Assembly (NCBI RefSeq): GCF_963853765.1
Contig: NC_088855.1
Span: 23,994,001-24,058,000 of the forward strand
DNA: 64,000 nt
DNA from: Magallana gigas
Lineage: Eukaryota
Reading direction: 5' to 3'
The translations under genes and the position numbers were made by a program. Positions 12,792 through 25,700 of this stretch are shown piece after piece. A model generated the notes under the pieces. That model worked only from the letters and a program-made list of their open reading frames with translations. It did not search any database and had not been told where the DNA came from. Positions within the stretch are counted from its first letter, which is position 1; the number at the start of each line of letters is the position of its first letter.

Positions 12792-15650
12792 TGGAAGGGA
12801 ATTACCGCCAAAATTCTATGTATCTTGCTTTTATTCTTATCATGCTTACTTCTTTATTCTTCAGTACATCTAGACTTGCATGTCACTTTATTGTTTTCAT
12901 ATTCATGCTTATCTAATTTCACTTTGATTCTCTTTGATCCTTTATTGTTTGCTTAATTCTATGTTGCAACATTCTCTTCTTATTCGTGTTAATTCTTTCT
13001 TCTATCTCTGTTACAAACGTGAATTCAAACACGCAAACCATAAATCACTTTCAATGAAAACGAATACATGTTGCATGAATTGAATGCTGCATTATGACGC
13101 CAGGCGGCAGTGTGCGCACTACAATTGCTGCTCCCTGAAAAAAACCCAACGTAGCTCACTAAATGTGGGATGTTTCGCACCATGACATTTCGCTCCAATG
13201 TTTATATGTTCAGATCAAGAAATGGAGGGGATGTTTATGTACTAAGAAATAATTTATAATTTTTTTGCCGGAGAGGGGTAGGTCGAGTTCTATTTTCAGT
13301 AGGTTTTGCTGCTCCCGAAGATTTATTAAAACGAAACTAATAAATGACATAAATTTAATAAATTCGTCAAAACATCTCAAATTAACCGCTTAGTTTAGGA
13401 ATATGAAATACATGTTAATAAAGCCAACTTTTAACAAGCCACAATATACGCAGACTCAACAAGATACGTTTTTTTTTTGTATACATGTAAAATGTCTCCG
13501 CGTGGTTCTAAAAAAATCAAAAGGGGGGGGGGGGGTCTGAGAGATAATTTTGTATTAATTTTTTTATTGGTTAATTAAATAAGTGAATTTTCCATTGGGG
13601 GTGGATCTGATCTCATTCTAGATCCACAATGCAATGTACCGTGTATATATATGCAGTAACAAATTATTTGCATGAACGGTTAATTTTTAGAAGAGGAACA
13701 TGTCATTAGTACTTGTCGACAGGACTTTATTTTCATTTGAGGTGAAAAGAGGTGGGGTGATGCACGGTTCTGTCCAGAGTAGGCACGGAGCATAAGGGGG
13801 GGGGGGGGGGGGGGGGGGGGGGGGTGCTCCCCCCCCCCCCCCCCCCACACTTTTTCTGGCAGCAACTAGTTTTTTAAAATTTACACATAAAAAATTGAAT
13901 TATCAAGGGGTTCCCCCCCCCTCCACTGTTTTGGGAGCATGTGAAGAAATTAATATGAAGATAAGGAAATTAGGATTGAAATTGAATTTATATACTAACC
14001 CCCCCCCCCCCCCCCCCCGATTAGGATTTTGAAGATTTTGGGAAAGTCATTCCCTTTTTTTTTTGCTTGACAAGATTTTTTGGATGAGTCTGCCCCCCCC
14101 CCCCCCCCCCCCCCACTTTCAGAAACGATGCTACGTGCCTGCAGAGGTACCCGTGGAACATGTAGATGAAAAAGAAATAAATTTAAACCAAAGATGTTTT
14201 TGAAAAACAATAAAAGGACTGGGGTACGAAATGCTTAGAAGTAGCTTTTCCTGTACTCTAGTACGAGTGAAAATTATCACTTGCATGAATCACTATGTAC
14301 CTCTCGTTAGGCTACAGTACTGTGTACCCCTGATTAAATGCGATGAATTAATATCCACGTGAAATTCCGGGTTAAAAACTTAAAACTGCAGGTTTTAAAA
14401 TCATGGCTCACTTATTTTTCTAAAAGTTTTGAACTTGTGATATGAAAACAAAGTTTAGTGCACACGATTTTATATTCTTGCGATTCGGCACATAACGGTG
14501 GAATCGCAGAAGTAAATATACGTATACGCGGTAAAATTAACGAATCTAAATTATCAGTGACTTAATTACACAATAAGTAAACGAAAACAAACCAGACAAA
14601 GAGATTAAAATACGGTATGTGATATAAATGTGGTTTAAATTCTAAATCAAAATCTTAATAAAAATTCTTATATAAAGTTCTAAATGAATTTTTTTTTTTC
14701 CAAAATACAAAACATAAATATTGTATGCTTCATATTTACACAAATTTTCGAAGTGGTAAAAATGTGTATGTATCATTCACAGCCATGCTTATTGTAGGTT
14801 AACTTTGTTTATTTTAGTATAAATCATGTACATGTAACTGAATGTCCATGTTTAGATTTGAAGGTGTTTATATAAGCTATGATACATGTAACTTAGAGAC
14901 ATGAACCTCATACATGTCTACCTATCAACTGGTCTTGATTAAATGAAGAGTTGAATTGACCGACTTCCATATCAAGCTTGCAATGATGAAAATTATGATA
15001 CGGGTGCTAATTATGAGAACTGTAAGATTTTATCGTCTCATGTACATGTAAATAACTGTTGCGCAGACTTAGAATTTTATTTTATTTTAAGAGGGGGTCC
15101 AGTCACCCCACCACCCTTGAAAATTCAAACTTTTTTAAATTCACATAGTAAACCTACTGAAAATAGAACTCGACCTACCCCTCCCCGGCAAAAAAAATAT
15201 AAATTATACCTTAGTACATAAACCTCCCCTCCATTTCTTGATCTGAACATATAAACATTGGAGCGAAATGTCATGGTGCGAAACATCCCACATTTAGTAT
15301 TTTTCAGGGAGCAGCAATTGTAGTGCGCACGCTGCCGCCTGGCGTCATAATGCAGCATTAAATTCATACAACTTGTATTCGTCTTTATTGAAAGTGCCTT
15401 ATGGTTTGCGTGTTTGAATTCACGTTTGTAACAGAAATAGAAGAAAGAATTTACACGAATAAGAAGAGAATATTGCAACATAGAAATAAGCAAGCAACAA
15501 AGAATTAAAGAGAATCAAAGTGAAATTAGATAAGCATGAATATGAAAACAATAAAGTGACATGCAAGTCTAAATGTACTGAAGAATAAAGAAGTAAGCAT
15601 AGTAAGAATAAAAGCAAGATACATAGAATTTTGGCGGTAATTCCCTTCCA
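12792..15650. mobile_element. Foldback-type structure: ~500-bp inverted arms (12792-13306 / 15150-15650) with a TSD-like flank
   Basis: Left arm tggaagggaattaccgccaaaattctatg... is the reverse complement of the right arm ...catagaattttggcggtaattcccttcca along its whole length, with scattered substitutions and one small indel. Flanks are tagtatcgta (12782-12791) and tagtatcgag (15651-15660). Confidence 0.65.
13781..14140. mobile_element. G/C-homopolymer-rich MITE inside the foldback spacer
   Basis: TIR aggcacggagca ... tgctacgtgcct, with internal poly-G and poly-C tracts. Confidence 0.65.
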
Positions 15651-15791
15651 TAGTATCGAGCCCTCTAATCGATGCGTTATCGGCAATACTACTCCGTGCC
15701 GTGATTTATACAACGCCGTCTTATGCAGTAGCGAGGCCCCCAGATTACATAGGAAAGGTGCAGAGCAGAAGTGATTTTTCAGCAGACGATC

Positions 15792-16369
15792 ATGGCAAGC
15801 TTAGTAGGAAAATGGAGCTTTGTGTCCTCCGACAACATGGAACAGTATATGGAAGCTTCAGGTATGAACATTTTTTTTTCGTTAAAATTTCTTTGCTTTA
15901 AATTTTATTTAATAAAAATGTAGCATGTGCAATGTAGGACTCTTCGAAGAAGGAGAAAGTTAATCCGATGTTTGTAATTCAAAATTTTCATATAACTAAA
16001 GTTCTATTTAGAAAAATTAGTACGTGTAATTATCTAAGTAATAAGTAACTAAGAACTAAGTATTGTTACATTAAAAGTTTAAAATTTATCAATTTAAACT
16101 TAACTATAACAGTTATAGTTAAGTTTAAATTGATAAATTTTAAACTTTTAATGTAACAGTGTTATCTAAGTTATTAAGTACTTTAAAGGCTTAAAATCTA
16201 GCCATTGGTAAGGACGCAAGTTGCTGATTTCCCGGGTCCAAAATTTGATATGCAACTGACAGCTATAGAGGACTAATTGTCCAGTTTACCCTGGGGCGGT
16301 AAAACCACCATTAGCCCTATTTCAGGCACAAAACGTTGACACGGTCACCCATCTTATGTTACACACACA

Positions 16370-16410
<41 letters not shown>

Positions 16411-19400
16411 GATGATAATTTTAACAGAGACACGGCATCGTGTTTCTCATTAAATCTTTGTAAACGCATTGGAAGTGACGAGTGACCATGCCAAACAATA
16501 AGACATTCGCCTTCTCCCTCTCCCCATCCATGATATAACACCTGTAACATCCTCGATCCAACCCAGTAGCCGAGCGTCGGAGGTCATCAAAATAAACAAA
16601 ATAGTGATCGAGAAGCTGGAATGTAGGAATGTTTGGGATATTTGGAACATGACCCGACCTTGTAACCCCCCAGATCAAACCTCGATGGAAATTACGGTAA
16701 TTACACAGAAATGTACCAAATACTCGTGTTATGATGCGTCCTCGGTGACGAACCACAGGCAACAGTTAGAATATTAGCTGCCGAGAATCGCGCTTTGACC
16801 GTTGCTTGTGATCTTTGAAATAGTAACAGATGTTTTCCCGGTGGAGTGCTGTTTTCATCATTTAATTGAAAGATGATTTTCCAAGGTCCTGGCCTTGTTG
16901 CGTTCACAGCAATCTAAACTCATTGTTATCTGTGCATATCCGAGACATGGTAAAAACAAAATAGTTACTTAATATTATAAGTATTTAACTATCGATGAAA
17001 CAAATAAAATCGATTGCATGGAACACTATGAGGGAGAGAGAGAGAGATAGAAAAAAAAGTGACATGTTGCATAAACAGTAAACTATTTTATTTTGTGGTA
17101 TAAAAGCAGCAGTCTTTCCTTCAATGATCGCCACTTTCCACAGCTGGCATGAACCACCAATTTGTAAGAAAGCTTTCCGTTGTTTTAAATATTTTTAATT
17201 AATAAGTTTCCTTCGGAATCTATATTTTATGCTCCATTATCCGTGTAACGTGAGTAAATGTACGTAAATGTTCGTTTTTGTAGATCGATTCGTTTGATAA
17301 AGGACTTGGGTCTAAAGGAATAGTCAGTTTGTCAGTACCTGTATGAACACAATTAAACGCGCGGGTTATTAGGTAGATGTAAATTGAAAATTTTGCAAAA
17401 AGCATCGTAGACCTCTGCATCATATACCTAAGCTTTGTATTTCCCAGGAATTGTAACCCCGACTATTACGCACTTCCATGCACGGAGGGCGTCTGTGGTT
17501 GTATCCTCGGGCGTCGTACCTATCCATAAGCCTTAAATTCTCGATCATTAATAAGTTAATGTATCTACGCGCTTAGGATACTCAAGCATCGTACTTCTAT
17601 CTCTTCTTTCTTGATCATCGAATCTTGCTTTGTATCTTGAAGACTTAGCATCATTATACTCAGTACTCCTGAGCTTCGTATATTTGAGCATTTTCGTGCG
17701 CGAATAATACGGGCGGGGGGGGGGGGGATCAGGATGTGGCATGATTATTATATCCCCAAACTTTTTATCCTTTATCATCATTGTATGTAAACCCGATTTG
17801 AGAATCATGACAATACTTGCGTCTTCGATCATCATTGTATCACCAAAAGTTGGAACTTGATCATTATCGTATACCAAAAACTGCATCTTTAATTTAAATT
17901 GCATTATCTATCCTTGTATATCTTCTAGCATTTTTGTATCCCTGAACCCTGTATCTTCGATCATTATTGTATCCCCAAATCTCGTATCTTCTATCATTAT
18001 TGTATCCCCCAACACTGCATCTTCATTCTTAAGCATTATTGTTTTCGCTGAACTTTGCATCTTAATCTTTGAGCATCATTGTATTTTTGACACTTGTGTA
18101 TCTTCAGCTTCGAACATTATTTTATCCCCGAACATTGTATCTTTGAGCATCATTGTATTCCTGAACATTTGATCTTCTCTATGATTAATATATCCCTGGA
18201 CCTTGTATCTTCAATGATTATTGTATCCCCGAACCTTGTATCTTCAATGATTATTGTAACCCAAAACCTTGCATTTTCGATCATTATTGTATCCCCGAAC
18301 CTTGTGTCTTCAATGATTATTTGTGATCATTATTGTATCCCCGAACCTTGTATCTTCAATGATTATTTGTGATCATTATTGTATCCCCGAACCTTGTATC
18401 TTCAATGATTATTGTATCCCCAAACCTTGTATCTTCGATCATTATTGTATCCCCGAACCTTGTGTCTTCAATCATTATGTAGACGCCCGTATCCTGTATA
18501 TCCCCGATCTTTACGGTATTTATCCGCGGCCACTCTGTCGTGATATTTACAAAGTTAAGTAATTTTAATGCCCATTAGATCTTGTAAGGACCTTGTTAAG
18601 GTTGTGTAGGTAAAATAAAGCAATTCATCAATACCAAGGCTACCGGTGGATATGCACACTGTCCCAGTCTGAGTCACGGGGCCAGGTTACTGGGGGGAGT
18701 GTCGCCTTATCTGTTCTGTTGCTGTTTTGGGACTTTTCTTTACACAACATTGTACAACATGCACTTTATCGTGCCGTTTCTACGTTAGGTAATTCTATTT
18801 CATTCCTTTTTAACCCATAAACAAAGATCGATTTAACCGACATTTGCGACTGAATTGGTGGCATTGCCAAACAGACTAGAGTTGACTGTAACAAATTTTA
18901 TTTTTATTAAACGGATTGAGATTTTTGAGGAATCCAAAACTAAGTTTTATGTAGGCATTTGAATAGTTTGTCTAAATTAACTTTTTTTTTCAATTATAAG
19001 AAATTATAATAATCTTAATCAAAAATTGCAATCCTGAGGTAGCTGCCAAAATTAAAGTTCAGTGAGATAATCTGAACATCGTAACAATCCTCTGAGCTAG
19101 GACATACATGTATAACTATTTATAGGATTCCGACAAATTCATATACACTGTACACAGCAAGGAATAGGGATATACCGGCATGATTGATCATTGAAAGTAA
19201 TTAACCATCTACTTATTTACTAATGCTTTCTCTAAAGAATGGGTACAGACCACACACAATTGAATATATAGTTACAGTACATGCACATTGTTACGAATAT
19301 TATTTCCCTTTTTTTCACGAAATTGTGCTTATCATGCACATGATTACGAATCATAGTTTTCTTTATTTTACCTAATTGGTGTTTATGAATATGCTTTACA

Positions 19401-20631
19401 GAATTAGTTACAAAATTAAGCGTATCATATGTGGCAGTATCTGATACTTAGTTGTTGTTGTTTTTATCAGGCGTTCCAGAAAATTTACGAGAGATTGCTC
19501 GTAAAAACCAGCCCAATATGGAGATCAGCAACTCCGGCGACTCGTGGACGATCAAAACAGTGGTCGGAGAGAAAGTCAAAGATTCCACATTTAAGATCGG
19601 GGAGGAGTTCGACTCCGTGTCTCTGACAGGCCAGCCTCTGAAGGTAAAGGGTAGGGAGGGAAATTGTTGTAAGTGGTCCGGTATTTGCTACCATTGAATT
19701 TTGTCGCGTTTTGTAAGTATGATACCCTTCATTGCTGTTCCGAGTCATCTTCGCTAACCAATGGTTTAATTCGTTTATTCTGATATATTAGAATTAGAGG
19801 ATTAAAATAAATGAATTGGACCCATGGCTAGAGAAGATGGCTCAAAGTATTACAAGGCAAGGATTATCAGTAAGCTTCACATCTATGAATGTTTCGACGC
19901 ATCCTATCGCTGAGACCATTTCAGAGTAGCATTAGATTACATCACTCTTATGCACCGTTCTGAGAACACTTAGAATGATTGTAACAGACATATCTGGTTT
20001 AAGTTTAATTTGAGGGAAAATGGGATAAATGGTGAGAAAATATGAAATTTAAAAACTATTTTAAAAATATCTCTCCAGTGCACCGTCGCTTTGAATGGCG
20101 AAGAAATGACTGAGACGCAGAAGGCGGGGGACATAGTTGTTACCATCACAAGGAAGGTTGAGAACGGCCAGCTCCTGTCTGTAAGTAGAACAGCCGGGGT
20201 CAGTTTAAGACTCCTCCACCCAATGGACAATCATCTTCTATTCCGGTTACGATATCATAATTTTCAATAGATTAGAATCATAGACTGGAATCCACACAAT
20301 ATCAGCAAGATTTTTTTGTGGGAAATTTAGCATTTTTGCCTTAATCGACCGTTTAAAAATGGTCACTTATCAAACAGAGAGGTTCTATGCACCTTAAGGC
20401 AATGTTGTTGTTTTTTTTCGGCAATCGGTTTAAAATTTTTGTGTAAAGTTACTTAAGCTATGCAATAGGCATAGCTTAAGTATCTTTACACAAAAATTAT
20501 CCGTATGTAGCGATCTACTGATTTTAATCAGATTTTTTTTGTTTCATTTTCCGATTCTAATGTTGTTTTCGATGTTGCAGACGATGACCATCAATGGAGT
20601 GTCTGCTGTCATCAAATTCCAGAAGGCCTAG
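15792..20631 (+). CDS. FABP: Fatty acid-binding protein (iLBP family), 131 aa
   Basis: Exons 15792-15861, 19471-19643, 20079-20180 and 20581-20631 (70/173/102/51 nt, the classic FABP four-exon layout). Protein MASLVGKWSFVSSDNMEQYMEASGVPENLREIARKNQP...FKIGEEFDS...TITRKVENGQLLSTMTINGVSAVIKFQKA. AATAAA at 20749. Paralog identity not assigned. Confidence 0.92.
16064..16158. repeat. Perfect AT-rich palindrome (47-bp arms, 1-nt spacer)
   Basis: tgttacattaaaagtttaaaatttatcaatttaaacttaactataac-a-exact reverse complement, checked base by base. Confidence 0.9.
16361..16406 (+). repeat. (CA)n(CT)n compound microsatellite
   Basis: Direct reading. Confidence 0.9.
17770..18480 (+). repeat. Minisatellite with a 33-36 bp unit in FABP intron 1
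   Basis: Unit attattgtatccccgaaccttgtatcttcaatg; near-identical at the right end, degenerate at the left. Confidence 0.85.
19746..19839. mobile_element. Very short MITE, CATCTTCGCTAGCC-TIR family
   Basis: catcttcgctaaccaatgg ... ccatggctagagaagatg; same termini as 45931-46044. Confidence 0.6.
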
Positions 20632-21824
20632 AACACACCCTGTACCTTCATCATTCTAAATTATTTTTCCGTCAAATCTATATATTACATGCCATTGTGG
20701 ATTCATCTGATGAAGATTACTTTGCATTTTCTGCATAATATACAATGAAATAAATGCGTAGAAGTAACATGGTTGTTTTCATATATGACCCATCACCTAC
20801 TTGTGATCTTTGAGGACAAAAGAATTAAAAATTAATCCAAAACACCTCAAGGAAATAGAGAGTCTGTTTCTTAAACAACAGCGATGGAGACCTCAGATAC
20901 TTTGAACAAAGGAAACACGCTTTGATATATTTTTACAATTTGATTCAAGCATCAGATGTGTACATGTAGCCCACTGATGCAGGTTATGTAAATGATGTCT
21001 GCAATGATCGCTGCAATATATAGTAACGCACAACTCCCCAAAAGTCAGCGCGTTTTATAGTCCCATATGAATTCAAATATCTTCTAAGTTTTCATTCAGA
21101 GTGAGTTTAAGTTAATTACGTAACGTACGATCAATACTACATGTACAAGATAGCGTAGAGGGATAGCCAATTCTCCCAACTGAGTTACTTCGAGCTAAGT
21201 ATTTGGAAGTTGGAAATACTTGAGCCGTTTCTTTCAATCACAAAATGATTCATACCACTGCGCCTATTTTAGAAAGTAACAAAAAATGATTTCTTACAAA
21301 TTAACACGAAACCTTTGTTAATATTCACAAAAGTTCCGCTTGAATTCGCGAACTTTTTTCAGCTACGAAAATGAGCTCAAACGCGAATTCAAGCAATGCG
21401 TCTCTAAGAAAATTAAATAATAATATTGATAAAAGAGAAAGCATTATTCATCGTTGTTAATATCATTGATGTCAGGTTGAATTATAAATTGTCACTAAAT
21501 ACAATGTTTCACGTTTGAAGGCAGTTTTCAAAAGTTCAAGACATGCAAATTGCTTATTACATGGTAAATTTGCTTCTTTTTTTTCAAAAATAGATTGTAA
21601 TTTATATGTAGTTATTTGGCCAAAGATATAAAAGATAAAAAACTCAGAAGATAAATAAATATGCTTTATTTATACTCAACATTTTTCATTTAAGGTCAGA
21701 CGACACGTTCCTTGAAAAATGATAGTTATTTTTCAAATTTTCAACGGCCTCATAATATACCAAATAAAAATATTATTATTTATTATCATTTTTAAAATGA
21801 TTAAAACTTTAGAAATATTTAAGA

Positions 21825-21972
21825 AATGAACTCAATATCTACCCAAGTTATACGAGTATAACCTGGGTTGGGGCAATTTACGCTTTATAATCCGCGAAGC
21901 GGATTATAAAAAAGCGTAAATTGCTCCAACCCAGGTTATACTCGTATAACTTGGGTAGATATTGAGTTCATT
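21825..21972. mobile_element. Long palindromic hairpin with a GCGAAGC centre (Crypton-like non-autonomous element)
   Basis: aatgaactcaatatctacccaagttatacgagtataacctgggttgg... arms; centre ataatccgcgaagcggattat. Confidence 0.7.
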
Positions 21973-22773
21973 CCTTATAATTTAATTTTCTGTAATTTGC
22001 TGTACAAATTGAGTCAGTTTACTTTTAAAAATGATATTAATCTGTTCAAAATTCAAACGTAACGTCAAGCGGATTAGTACGTTTTTGACGTTAGTGCATT
22101 GTGACGTGTCTTGTGACGTGCAAACCAGGTTATACAAATTTAACTTAATTTTTCTATCCAATCAAATGCCGCGTTACAACCAGAATTAAATTATATATGA
22201 ATATGCTAATAATTTCTATATCAACAATTTTCAATAAGAATATATAGGAAACTGCATATTCTAGTATCTTGCACAAATGCCTGATAAGGTACCATAATTT
22301 TTTGCAAGAAAGCTTGTCAAAGTAGTAGTAAATCAATTACAAACGAGGAACGTGTCGTCTGACCTTAATAATGTATTTAAAACTTGTTCAATGAATTTCA
22401 TAATACAGAAAATAACGAAACCTTTTGCCAATAAAAAAAAAGGGGGTAATTTTCACAGTAAGCATCAATTCCATGAAATTAACCGAGCACCGACTCACCC
22501 TCGATATAAACCGCCACTTAGTTTTCACCAAGGGAATTTACGTACACTTGTTAATGATAACTACATATATTAATGTACATATGAATGGCAGCCAGCCAAC
22601 CTGCAGCACTTCACACATTTCAGCAGACATACTCTTGATTATTGACAAACTACCTGCAGTGAATATACAAATCTACAGAAAATGTGCACAGATAAAGGTA
22701 ATTGAGTAGATTATGTGGAGAATATATTGCTTGACAAATCAGAATGCCACAGAACTGTCACCACTAGCAGGTG

Positions 22774-25700
22774 CTATGCTGCAGCCTTAGGGATGCCTTT
22801 CTTTGTAAACCATTCATCGCTTTTATCTGCTGCTATTGCCTGAAAATCAACATCAAATACTAGATAATATGTTTAAAATTTAGGTATATAACGCTTTAGT
22901 AATAAGTATGATGGTAGTAACATGTAAATATTTCTTGTAATTATATACATGGAAATACACATAATTATGCTTTCTGCAGATTTTAGCTCAATCAGAAAAA
23001 TATGGTCATTATTCAAGATATGTTGACACTGTCAAATGTGACTTGTTTGCATGAAAAACAAAAAAAAATTCAATTGAATTTTCATAAAACATTTTTTTCT
23101 TTTACATGAAACTCATATGAAGAGAACTTTTGTAGTACATACATCATATAAATACAGTCACTTCACATGATGAATTCCCATATTAATCATGTGATTGCTG
23201 ATTTAATATGTTTATGTAATGTACTTTGTAATATAATGTTTTCATATATGGTACCAAACTTGGTACTTAAAATAAAAATAAATGCAAAAAGCATAAGGGA
23301 AATAAATGTATTCAAATTTTATTATCTAACATCAAAAAAGTAACATAATCCTAGATATAAATATAACTACTTGGTATTTAAAAAAAAAAAAACGCAATAG
23401 ATCCATATTACCACAAGAACATTTTCTGCCACAATCAACTTGAGCAATTTTGGAGTGACATATCCCTTGTCATTTAAACATTTTTTTTCAGCAAAACATT
23501 ACAACAGAGAAAATAATTTCATGATATGTGGAATAAAATCATAATCATTATTATAGAAATGCAAAATCAATGTTAATTAATTTAATGCAGTGATATGAAA
23601 TTTTGGGGCCCAAGTATTAATCCGACTGTTACAACAACAAAATTCCTCTTCTACCCCCCCCCCCCCCCCCCAAATCTTGCCAAAAATAAGTTGTTTTCAA
23701 CAAAACAAACCTGATCTAGAAGTAGGTCAGCCTTAGGATCCACTTGTGAGAGTTCCTGGAATGCTTCATCTCCAACAAAACATATCTCATGGCCGTCCTA
23801 TTCATTGATTGAAAAAAAGGATTTCATATATCAAATCAAAGAACGATTTATAAGTAAATGACGCCAAAAAATATTCTTCACTGTTAGCCACTCAAAACAT
23901 AAAGCCTTTCACTAACTTTGATGATGTCTGGATATATGGATATTGACAAAATATTCTAGAGAGGAATGCAAACAACAATTGATAGATTGGAAAAGTTTGT
24001 GGCACATTTTTATTCTTATTGAAAAAATCCAAACAGATTAATTTCCCTGAAATATAGGAATACCCGGTAAGTTATTTTGTATACAGAATGAAAATTTACA
24101 AGATAAGATTATCAGATGGAGAAAGGCATGAATGTAGCCTGTTTTAGATTAAAAGTAGTTCTTAGTTTAGCTGCAATAATGTAGCCCTAACTGATTACTT
24201 AGTGTTCTTTTTGTTGAAATCAGGGTGAGTATTTGAAGTTACTGTGTTGATGACCTAAGTACTTGGTACTGGTAATTTCCGGTGACCTGACTAGTTACTT
24301 ACTGGGTCTGCCAGAATGACCACCTCCACAGTCGCCTTCCCCGGGGTGTCCAGGCTGACCAGCGGGGTCAGAATGGTCTGATTGGCAGACTTCATCTTTT
24401 CTTGAATGTCTGGTAACTGATAGGCCAAATAAAAACTGTTTTATTTTCTGATTGACATATTTTGCTACAACTTGGAACCAACATTTTTAAATAAATTCAT
24501 CTCATACAAATGCACATGTATAGACTGACTCAGAGGTGAAAATGATCAAACTGAAGAGCTACCTGAGTTCTTGGACAGGAGAAGGCTATTCGCCCAAAAG
24601 CCTTGGCATGCTCCACTTTGGTACCAATGTCAATCAATTCCAACTTACACTAAAATACATAAAAATCAGTGTTTTATTATGCCGTTATATTTAAATATGT
24701 ACACTATTTATTCATGTTTATTTTTTCTGACAGTGTTTACTTGTATTTGTTAGACTTCAAGTGTGGTAAGAGTAATGATTCTGCTGATTTCCTCTACTTC
24801 AATCATGAATGAGATTTTGCACTTGAACCAATCCATGATCAACTGACCATTTAACTTTGGGATGTCGCATTGTAGCATATATCACTTCTCAATTCAAGTA
24901 ATCCTCTCTTACTCATCAAAGTTTTTTTTTTTTTCTGGCTTAATGCCCATTCAGAAGTATAGAAAAATTTGCTTTGAAAGAAACAAATAAATAAATAATA
25001 TCTATGTATGGTCAATATAGTACTGCTTTTAGCTCCAGAAATCCACATCTGGCTTAAAAGTTGATAGAGGCTTAATCAGTTTGGCAAAGGTGTCCTTACT
25101 CATCATATACAACAACCCTTATATAACCACTTTGTCATCTAGATTTTTAAGGGGTAAAGAATGATTTAAAAGATTGCATAACTTATTTCTAAACAACTTT
25201 TCCCATGGCCTCTAGGAAAGGTGGGTGATAAATTTCCTAATTTTACAGTTGCTACATTTCAAAAGTCAAGATTGGCCAAGAAGTTGCTTAAAATTTTCGA
25301 ATGTGGACAGTTAGAATTTGACAACTGACAACCACAAACAGTGATAGATTATCTACAACTAGTGACTCTGGTCAGGTGACCAAAAAAGCTTAAGAGATTG
25401 TAAAGTCTCTTTACAAAAAAGGAATAAGGTAATAATCAAACAAGAGGCCCACAGGCTTTCACAGTCACCTGAGTACTATAGTGCATAGTCAAACATGTTA
25501 GGGAGTCTCTTATTTGCATTTAGACTTATTCTGGAGGCATTTGTGCACAACTCTATGACCTTTCTAAATATGCATATAATTTCCATTCAATTACAGAGAG
25601 GAAAATGAGATATAAAGCATTTAAATAAGCCCTTATTCATTTGCACCCACCCCCTAGACACAAACCCACACTCAGTAAAATGGCTCAGTAGTTTCGGAAG

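Noticed and set aside
16421-16762. Minus-strand ORF with DRGCYRC resembling an Ig DxGxYxC motif
   Set aside because: No other Ig hallmarks, no convincing splice sites, it starts at a non-ATG codon, and it lies antisense in an FABP intron.
17548-18562. ORFs over the minisatellite, and the array as a CRISPR-like locus
   Set aside because: Units are contiguous with no unique spacers, and the ORFs result from 3n unit lengths.
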